Of a DNA stretch of 38,106 nucleotides, positions 8,657 through 15,161 are shown one piece after another. This stretch comes from an uncultured Anaerolineae bacterium. Lineage in GTDB: Bacteria > Chloroflexota > Anaerolineae > Aggregatilineales > UBA3940. The notes below the pieces were generated by a model. That model was not told the origin of the DNA. It searched no databases and saw only the letters and a program-made list of their open reading frames with translations. A program made the translations under genes and the position numbers. The DNA lies in the NCBI GenBank assembly GCA_964637665.1, contig CAZWUX010000004.1, positions 3,080 to 41,185 on the forward strand. Reading direction: 5' to 3'. How positions within the stretch are numbered: the stretch's first letter is position 1; each line of letters opens with the position of its first letter.

Positions 8657-8845
8657 CAAAAAGGAGCAGGGCCACATACGCTGACGGTACATGGGTCTGC
8701 TCCTTCTCCTCGGAAAAATGCAGTTGCCTCTGGAAATCGCGGCTGGTGATCTGGCTTCGGCCCGGTTTAGCTCACGCCGGACGCCTCACAGTTGCGGGAC
8801 AGCGCCGGATTCTCACCGTCTTCCCCCGCCGCTTTTCCTTGTTGT
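8657..8845 (-). promoter_or_regulatory. cobalamin (B12) riboswitch, copy B, with intrinsic terminator
   Basis: The reverse-strand RNA reads GGGGGAAGACGGUGAGAAUCCGGCGCUGUCCCGCAACUGUGAGGCGUCCGGCGUGAGCUAAACCGGGCCGAAGCCAGAUCACCAGCCGCG. It has the same core and B12-box as copy A. The terminator follows: GGAGCAG...CUGCUCC + UUUUUG (8657-8703). It sits about 110 nt upstream of the corrinoid protein start. Confidence 0.85.
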
Positions 8846-9054
8846 GTCAGGTTGTCAGAAGGCTCCTTCGCGCCAGCGGGCCTGATCGGCAGCGATTCTC
8901 GGCCCAGAAAAGGGAGATGGCATGTGCTCAGGCTGGTGTTCATTCGGTCAACCGACCTAATTTGATCCAAGCATAGGGGACATTCACCCGGCGCTCAACT
9001 GACGAATGTCACCGTCCACCTGTGACGTTTGTCAACCAGAGGGGGCGAATCCAC

Positions 9055-9092
9055 TCAAAAGAAAAGCTCCGCCGGAGAAACTTCCGGCAGAG
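9055..9092 (-). terminator. intrinsic terminator after the MttB-family gene
   Basis: Reverse strand: CUCUGCCGGA-aguuuc-UCCGGCGGAG (10 bp including one G-U) followed by CUUUUCUUUUG, about 40 nt after the stop at 9132. Confidence 0.75.
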
Positions 9093-9131
9093 CCTTACAT
9101 AACACCAGGCGCGATCGGCTGCCGCGCCCCA

Positions 9132-10592
9132 TCACCTGAGCGGCGTGGGGAACGTCACCTCGCCGATGATCTGCTCGATCTGCGCCTGCACCTCCGGGGG
9201 CAGCGGCGGGACCTCGTGCGTCGCGATGATTTTCCGCAGTTTCTCCTCGACCCGGTCTCCCAGCGTCTTGCCGCCCGACCCTTCCCACAGGGTGTACGCC
9301 TGCCGGTCCAGCACGGTCGGCACCCATATCTCCCGGCGGCAGACCTCGACCGAGCGCGGCTCCGCGAGGTAGTGGCCGCCCGGCCCGATCTGCTCGATCA
9401 GATCGAGCATGATCGTCTCCGCGCTGACCTCGATCCCGCGCAGCATGTGCCGGACCATGCCGATGATCTCATCGCACATCACGACCAGCGGCAGCGACCC
9501 GATGTGGCCGCTGTCCATAAAGCCCAGATCATGCACCATCGCCGCGCTGCTCAGCGCTGACATGATGACCTGCGCCGTGACCTCGATGGCCGCCTGCTGG
9601 TCGAGCACCTTGCTCTCCGTCGCCCCGGCGGTCCCCATAAACGGGATGCCCAGCCAGCGGCACAGGTCGGACCCGGCGGCGCTGAGCTGGCTCATCTCCG
9701 GCGCACCGTAGGCGGGCCGCGTCGTGCGCAGATCCATCGGCTGGGGCACCCAGTCGGTGACGAAGGGCGCGCCGCGCCGCTTAAGCTGGACGATCGCCAG
9801 CCCGCTCAACATACCCGCGAGGTAAAGCGCCAGCGCGCTCGCCCCGGTGAACGGCGCGGTCAGCCCCGGATTGGGGCCGCCTGAGTAAATGACCGGGATG
9901 CCATGCTCCGCCGCATAAAGGACGCTGCCCATCTCGTCGTTCATGTGCTTGAGCGGCGGCTGGAAGGTCGTGAACAGCGCGAAATTCGGGCGCTGCCGGA
10001 AGGCCCGCTCGCCCCCGGCGGTGGCTGCCGCCATCCGGTGGATGGCCGCCAGATTTTCCGGCCCGTAGGCCCACGCCACGATGGGCTTGGTCGTGTTCGC
10101 CAGCATCTCCGCGAACTCATAGACCGGCACCCACGCCGGGTCGGGCACGTCGTCGATCAGGCCCAACCCCATCACATAGTCGACGTTGGGCAGCGCATCG
10201 CACACCCGCGCCGTCAGGCCGGGGTCCCCCCGGCGCGATTTCCGCTTCTCACCCGTGTTCGGGTCGACGAAGTACGTGCTCGTCAGGCCCGGCCCGAAGT
10301 GGACGCGGCCCTGCGCGATCTGGATCGCCTTCGCCGGATCCCGCCCGTACAGCGTAAAGCCGCGTGGGGCCGACGCCAGCGCATCGCGCACGATGTGCGC
10401 CGGGATGGTCACCCGGTCGCCCTCGGCCTGCGCTCCGGCCCCGACCAGCAGATCGCGCGCCTCCTGATTGTAGACGAGGACCCCTGTGCGCCGGAGAATC
10501 TCATACGCGGCGTCGAGCAGGATCCTGCATTTTTGCTCCGAAAGAACGTTGAACTGTGGCGTCTGGTGATCGGCGTTGCTCGTGATGATCAT
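9132..10592 (-). CDS. MttB-superfamily (trimethylamine methyltransferase-like, COG5598) non-pyrrolysine methyltransferase
   Basis: 486 aa with no in-frame TAG. The overall pattern is typical of MttB homologues: N-terminal LSEQKCRILLDAAYEILRRTGV, GPGL, the FMGTAG..ESK region, and GPGGHYL near the C-terminus. Confidence 0.75.
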   Translation of the reverse strand: MIITSNADHQTPQFNVLSEQKCRILLDAAYEILRRTGVLVYNQEARDLLVGAGAQAEGDRVTIPAHIVRDALASAPRGFTLYGRDPAKAIQIAQGRVHFGPGLTSTYFVDPNTGEKRKSRRGDPGLTARVCDALPNVDYVMGLGLIDDVPDPAWVPVYEFAEMLANTTKPIVAWAYGPENLAAIHRMAAATAGGERAFRQRPNFALFTTFQPPLKHMNDEMGSVLYAAEHGIPVIYSGGPNPGLTAPFTGASALALYLAGMLSGLAIVQLKRRGAPFVTDWVPQPMDLRTTRPAYGAPEMSQLSAAGSDLCRWLGIPFMGTAGATESKVLDQQAAIEVTAQVIMSALSSAAMVHDLGFMDSGHIGSLPLVVMCDEIIGMVRHMLRGIEVSAETIMLDLIEQIGPGGHYLAEPRSVEVCRREIWVPTVLDRQAYTLWEGSGGKTLGDRVEEKLRKIIATHEVPPLPPEVQAQIEQIIGEVTFPTPLR

Positions 10593-10682
10593 GAAGCTGT
10601 ATCTTTATTCAGGCTACAGACCTCGCACCGGGCGAAGTCCCCACGTCGAAAACGGACAAGCTGCCCCGGTTAGCAGCGCGAA

Positions 10683-12971
10683 TCAGCCCCGGCTCTGTAT
10701 CGCCGCCCGGACGCGCATCGGCGTGGCCGGGATCGTGCGGATGCGCGCGCCGATCGCGCGTGACACGGCGTTGATGACGGCAGGGGCCACCGGCAGCGTC
10801 GGCGATTCACCCAGCCCTTTCGCCCCGAACGGGCCGCGATAGCTGGGCACCTCCACCAGCTCGACGATCATGTCCGGCATCTCCCCGATCATCGGGATCA
10901 CGTAATCCGCGAGTCCGGTCGTCACGCCCGGCTGGTAGTCCTCAGTCAGCGCCGAGCCGATGCCCATCATGATCGCCCCCTGCACCTGCCCCTCAGCGTC
11001 CGGCGGGTTGATGGCCCGTCCCACGTCGTGCACGGCGACGACCCGCAGCACGTTCACCTGCCCGGTCTCCACGTCGACCGCCACCTCCGCCAGATGCGCG
11101 CCGGTCGTCAGGTTGGGTGTGTAGGTGAAGGGCCGCTCTCCGGGATACAACGGCCCGGCATCATACGCGCCCACCACCCGCCGCGAGAGGCCCATCCGGT
11201 CGAGTTCCGCCGCGACCTCCGCCAGCGACACCGCCCCCGGATCGCCCCCATCACAGCGCAGCACATCCCCGGCCAGCGCCAGATCGTCCGGGCTGCACTC
11301 CAGCATCTCGGCAGCCGCCGCGACGACGCGGTCTTTCAGGCGGATCGCCGCGTCGCGCACCGCATTCCCCACCCAGTACGTCGCGCGCGACGCCCCCTGA
11401 ATGCCACTATCTGGCGCGCGGGCGGTGTCTGCGTTGACGAGTTCGATCCGGTCGCGGGGCACGCTCAGCGTCTCCGCCGCGATCTGCGCCATCACCGTGC
11501 CGATGCCCTGCCCATAGTCGGCAGCGGTGCAGTACACGACGAAATGCCCATCCCCGGCCAGTTCGGCGTGGGCCTCGACCCGCAAATTCCCCGACTTCCC
11601 GAAGCGATGCCACATCCCCGCCAGCCCGATCCCGCGCCGCACCGGCCCGCCGGGGTGATCGGCATTGTAGGCGTCTACTTCCTCGCGGAACGCATCATAA
11701 TAGGGGCGGATCCGGTTCAGCACCTCCTCGTACCCCAGCGACTCGTCGACCGGGTAGCCGAGGAACGACCGCTCACCCTCCCGCAGTCGGTTCTCCAGCC
11801 GGAAGGCGATTGGGTCGGCATCGAGCGCCTGGATCAGCTCATCGAGCGTGCACTCCAGCGCATAAGTCGACTGCGGCGTGCCGAATCCCCGGAACTGCCC
11901 GCACTTCGGGCCGTTGGTGTAGACGCTCTGCGCCATCGCGTCGACCGCCTGCCAGCGGTACGGGCCGCCGCTGGCCGTCACGGCGTAATCGGGGATGTGC
12001 TGGCCGTCGCAGTCGTAGGCCCCGGTGTTCGCCACGATGCGCACGTGGATGCCCGTCAGGCGGCCTTCGCGCGTCGCGCCGATCCGGTAGTCGAGCGTGT
12101 AGGGGTGGCGCTTGGGGGATGCGTCGAAGGATTCCGAGCGCGCCATCGCGAGCCGGACGGGGCGCTTCAGCAGGTAGGCCATGACGCCCACGGCGACGAG
12201 CGGCCAGGGGTCCTGTTTACCACCGAAAGAGCCACCCGTCGGCGGGGTGATGAACCGCACCTGCCCGGCAGGGATGCCCACCGCCGCCGCGATCCAGTCA
12301 CGCTGCCAGTGCGGTTCGTGCGTGCCGCCCATCACCGTCAAACGGCCCTCGGCGTCGAACGTGCCCAGCGCCGTCTCGCGCTCAAGCGCAGCGTGCTCCT
12401 GAAACGAGGTGACGTACCGCCGCTCGATCACGACGTCGGCGGCGTCGAAGGCGGCTTCCATGTCGCCGTGACGGATCGCAAAATCGCTCAGCAAGTTGCC
12501 ACCGGGGTAGATCGGCTCGGCATCCGGGCGCAGCGCATCCAGCGCATCGAACGTGTGTGGCAGCGGCGTGTAATCCGCGCCGACGCGGCCTGCCGCCGCC
12601 CTCGCCGCCTCGCGTGTTTCGGCGGCGACGAACGCCACCGGCGCGCCGCGCATCTTCGCGATCCCCCCGACCGGGACGAGCAGCGGCTCGTCGACGCTGT
12701 ACCCCGGGAAGCCATTGACGCCGGGGATGTCCCCCGCCGTGAACACGCGCACGACGCCCGGCATCCGCGCGGCTTCCTCCACATGCAGGGCATCCAGCCG
12801 CGCGTGGTGATGCGGGCAGCGCACGACGTGCGCGTGCAGCAGCCCATCGAGCGCCATGTCCTCGACGTACTGCGTGCGGCCCGTCACTTTGCCGAGCGAG
12901 TCGATGCGGGTCGTCTGGCCGCCGATGGGACGGCGGGGTTTCGGTTTGTCGGGGGCGGGGTGCCGGGTCAT
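10683..12971 (-). CDS. xanthine dehydrogenase/aldehyde oxidase-family molybdopterin-binding subunit
   Basis: a/b-hammerhead N-terminus (RIDSLGKVTGRTQYVEDM). Molybdopterin-domain motifs: GGSFGGK, GFGTPQ, DYGQGIGTVMAQIAAE, AKGLGESPTLPVAPAVINAV. Start moved to ATG 12971 (MTRHPAPDK...). The first 114 codons of the track ORF (GTG 13313) overlap the ptsH promoter region and look non-coding. Confidence 0.8.
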   Translation of the reverse strand: MTRHPAPDKPKPRRPIGGQTTRIDSLGKVTGRTQYVEDMALDGLLHAHVVRCPHHHARLDALHVEEAARMPGVVRVFTAGDIPGVNGFPGYSVDEPLLVPVGGIAKMRGAPVAFVAAETREAARAAAGRVGADYTPLPHTFDALDALRPDAEPIYPGGNLLSDFAIRHGDMEAAFDAADVVIERRYVTSFQEHAALERETALGTFDAEGRLTVMGGTHEPHWQRDWIAAAVGIPAGQVRFITPPTGGSFGGKQDPWPLVAVGVMAYLLKRPVRLAMARSESFDASPKRHPYTLDYRIGATREGRLTGIHVRIVANTGAYDCDGQHIPDYAVTASGGPYRWQAVDAMAQSVYTNGPKCGQFRGFGTPQSTYALECTLDELIQALDADPIAFRLENRLREGERSFLGYPVDESLGYEEVLNRIRPYYDAFREEVDAYNADHPGGPVRRGIGLAGMWHRFGKSGNLRVEAHAELAGDGHFVVYCTAADYGQGIGTVMAQIAAETLSVPRDRIELVNADTARAPDSGIQGASRATYWVGNAVRDAAIRLKDRVVAAAAEMLECSPDDLALAGDVLRCDGGDPGAVSLAEVAAELDRMGLSRRVVGAYDAGPLYPGERPFTYTPNLTTGAHLAEVAVDVETGQVNVLRVVAVHDVGRAINPPDAEGQVQGAIMMGIGSALTEDYQPGVTTGLADYVIPMIGEMPDMIVELVEVPSYRGPFGAKGLGESPTLPVAPAVINAVSRAIGARIRTIPATPMRVRAAIQSRG

Positions 12972-13217
12972 CGTTCTCCCGTGATGGTTGGATGTGCTTG
13001 CGATGAGGGCCTGATCAGCCGCGTTCCTCTGCGCCGCCGGGGGCTTCCACCCTACGATATCCTGAATCGCCGCGAAATCAAAATACGACGAGATCGCCGG
13101 AAAGGGAGGGGCGACCCGCTCCACCATCTCGCGGACACCTGACGCTCCACCGCGCGATACGTTATCATTGACGCAGCCGCGCCGCAGCCCGCGTCTCGCG
13201 GCCCGGTGCGCGGCATC

Positions 13218-13246
13218 TTGACTCGGCCCGGAATCCGGGATAGATT
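13218..13246 (+). promoter_or_regulatory. sigma70-like promoter for ptsH
   Basis: TTGACT (13218-23), 17-nt spacer, TAGATT (13241-46). The spacer contains the palindrome CCCGGAATCCGGG. Confidence 0.5.
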
Positions 13247-13336
13247 TGCCCATTGTGAAATTCGTATCACACATATGAGAAAAACAGCGGTCCGGCGCGC
13301 TGGCCGAACGCACACACCCCCCTGGAGGCAGTTCCC

Positions 13337-13606
13337 ATGCCAGAAATCACACTCACCATCGAGCACCCGGTCGGACTCCACGCTCGCCCGGCGGCGGCCT
13401 TCGTCAAGGAAGCCAACGAGTTCGAGAGCGACATCACCGTGCTGCACGGCGAGCGCACCGCCAACGCCAAGAGCATCCTCAACGTGCTGACCCTCGGCGC
13501 GCATAAGGGCGCGCAGATCGTCATCCGGGCGGAGGGCGCCGACGCCGATCAGGCGCTCGAAGCGCTGAAAGAGATGGTCGAAAACAACTTCGGCGAAGAG
13601 GTGTGA
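13337..13606 (+). CDS. ptsH: phosphocarrier protein HPr
   Basis: 89 aa with the His15 site HPVGLHARPA and the Ser46 regulatory site NAKSILNVLTLGA. SD GGAGG lies upstream. Confidence 0.9.
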   Translation: MPEITLTIEHPVGLHARPAAAFVKEANEFESDITVLHGERTANAKSILNVLTLGAHKGAQIVIRAEGADADQALEALKEMVENNFGEEV

Positions 13607-13882
13607 TAGACTCTCGCGGACAGCTTTATGTGATGAACCAAAAATCCGACCGGGGCACAGCGCCCGCCCTGACGCCCCGGTCAGCATGATCCCTTCCACC
13701 TCTGCACGGCGGTCTATCCCCGGCAGGCGTCCCGCTCACCGGCTAAGTCACCGAGCGGCGATGCGCTCACCGGCCCGCGCGGTGCTTCCCAACCTCTCTA
13801 GCCGGAAAGCATCCCCTTATACCGCTCGTAAGCGCGTTCCCACGCCGGGGTCGACCGCGAGGACTGTTTTGCCGCCACTCGC

Positions 13883-13891
13883 TGGTATAAT
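13883..13891 (+). promoter_or_regulatory. extended -10 promoter element upstream of the SDR gene
   Basis: TGgTATAAT about 35 nt before ATG 13926. There is no convincing -35. Confidence 0.4.
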
Positions 13892-13925
13892 CCAACGTCA
13901 ATAACGGGAAGGGGAGCCAATACAC

Positions 13926-14798
13926 ATGGCCGTACTTAGCGGAAAAACCGTCGTCATCACCGGCGGCACGCGGGGTTTTGGGCTGGCGGCGGCGCTGGCC
14001 TGCGCGCGTGAAGGGGCAGCCATCGTTGTCGCTTCTCGCTCTGAAGACGCCGTCAAACAAGCCGTCGAATCGATCCGCGAGGCGGGCGGCGCAGCCAGCG
14101 GCCTTCGCTGCGATGTGGGCGATATGGCGCAGGTCGAGGCGCTGGCCCGCCACGCCATCGATACCTGCGGCGGGTTTGAGGTATGGGTCAACAACGCGGG
14201 GATTTCCCCCACGTACGGGCCAACGCTGCATATCCCCCCGGATGAGTTTATCGCCACCACGCACACGAACATCATCGGCACGTACAACGGCACACGGGCG
14301 GCGATGCAGCACTTTCTGCCGCGCGGAACCGGCAAACTGATCAACATCTCCGGGCGGGGAGCGCGCGGCCCGGTGCCTTTTCAGAACGCCTATGCCTCGA
14401 GCAAAGCATGGATCAAGTCCTTCACGCTCGCGCTGGCAGATGAGTATAAAGATTCAGGCGTCGAGGTGATGCTTTTCAGCCCCGGCATGATGCTGACGGA
14501 TATGATGACCGATGTTGGTGTCGTAGAGGGCTACGCGGCCCGGCTCGACTCTTTTGAGACCGTACTGCGGATGTGGGCATACCCGCCGGAGGTTCCGGCG
14601 GAAAAAGTCGTATGGCTTGCATCAGATGCAACGGATGGCAAAACGGGCCTTTCAGAAAATGTGCTGGGGCCGTTCACTATGCTGCGCGGCGCGCTGCGTG
14701 AAGGGTTGCGCAGGCTGTTCGGGCGGCCTGCTCAGGACCTCGGTGTCGAAGTGCACACCGTAAAGTCGGCATTCCACCCGCTGCCCGATAAAGGCTGA
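13926..14798 (+). CDS. short-chain dehydrogenase/reductase (SDR) family oxidoreductase
   Basis: TGGTRGFG dinucleotide-binding motif, NNAG, and catalytic YASSK (YxxxK). 290 aa. Confidence 0.85.
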   Translation: MAVLSGKTVVITGGTRGFGLAAALACAREGAAIVVASRSEDAVKQAVESIREAGGAASGLRCDVGDMAQVEALARHAIDTCGGFEVWVNNAGISPTYGPTLHIPPDEFIATTHTNIIGTYNGTRAAMQHFLPRGTGKLINISGRGARGPVPFQNAYASSKAWIKSFTLALADEYKDSGVEVMLFSPGMMLTDMMTDVGVVEGYAARLDSFETVLRMWAYPPEVPAEKVVWLASDATDGKTGLSENVLGPFTMLRGALREGLRRLFGRPAQDLGVEVHTVKSAFHPLPDKG

Positions 14799-14900
14799 AC
14801 GTACAGGCCGGGGTGTGCGCGCCCGGTTCCCCGCGCGGCGTGCGAAATTCTTAAGGAAAGCCACTGGCGCTATCGTACGAAACGTGATAGGCTTACGTCC

Positions 14901-15002
14901 ATGAACGAGTTACTGTCCAGCAACCCGGCGCGAATGTCGATGTCCATGTATATGATGATGCATGGCGCCTTCCGGCAGCCAGGTTGCTTATTGACTCGTT
15001 AA
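14901..15002 (+). CDS. candidate Met-rich leader peptide (33 aa) of the metA-metY operon
   Basis: Too short for the ORF track. ATG 14901 to TAA 15000-15002 gives MNELLSSNPARMSMSMYMMMHGAFRQPGCLLTR. There are six in-frame ATG in codons 12-20. The SD is weak (GATAGG). A terminator follows. Confidence 0.55.
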   Translation: MNELLSSNPARMSMSMYMMMHGAFRQPGCLLTR

Positions 15003-15032
15003 CCGGCGCGATTTTTCCCGCAGCGAGAGTTC

Positions 15033-15070
15033 AGAGAGCTAACCAGGCTGGTTAGCTCTCTTTTCTTTTG
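15033..15070 (+). terminator. intrinsic terminator (attenuator) in the metA leader
   Basis: AGAGAGCUAACC-aggcu-GGUUAGCUCUCU (12 bp) followed by UUUCUUUUG. It lies 92 nt upstream of the metA ATG, and no gene ends here. Confidence 0.8.
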
Positions 15071-15161
15071 CGCCGGGCCGTCGTTATCTCACGAAATATG
15101 GAGTTTTCGCCTGATGGCGAAAACTCCCAGTTGAGCGCGTAGCGCTCATACGGAGCGTTGT

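Noticed and set aside
6474-10592. In-frame amber (TAG) codons that would indicate pyrrolysine in the MtmB-like or MttB-like genes.
   Set aside because: Both ORFs are continuous in the six-frame track. No split ORF pair flanks a TAG, and no pyl genes are seen in the window.
11028-13142. Very long ORFs antisense to or frame-shifted from real genes. Examples: 11028-13142 (+) 704 aa, 4686-6074 (+), 3173-4312 (+), 16297-17487 (-), 19797-20861 (+), 21392-22594 (-), 30244-31512 (+), 32875-34080 (+), 35654-36232 (-), 36960-37757 (+).
   Set aside because: Their R/P/G/A/H-rich, low-complexity translations are typical of open non-coding frames in high-GC DNA. Each overlaps a CDS on the other strand or frame that carries clear family motifs. 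None has a recognisable motif or SD.
12972-13313. N-terminal extensions of track ORFs: Mo subunit to 13313, tpiA to 25069, GntR to 3023, TetR to 6401, LuxR to 20819, GT39 from 34487.
   Set aside because: In each case the conserved domain starts at an internal ATG that has an SD. The upstream parts overlap promoters or terminators, or they have junk composition.
13052-13699. 215-aa minus-strand ORF overlapping ptsH.
   Set aside because: It is directly antisense to a textbook HPr gene and to that gene's promoter, and it has no motifs.
14890-15005. A SAM riboswitch upstream of metA (strings like CAGCAACC and GGCGCC vaguely recall the GGCAACC/GGUGCC of SAM-I/IV).
   Set aside because: The SAM-I core (GAGGGA, AUGA kink-turn, four-way junction) and the SAM-II/V pseudoknot strings are absent. 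The in-frame ATG periodicity fits a leader peptide better. A covariance-model scan is still needed.
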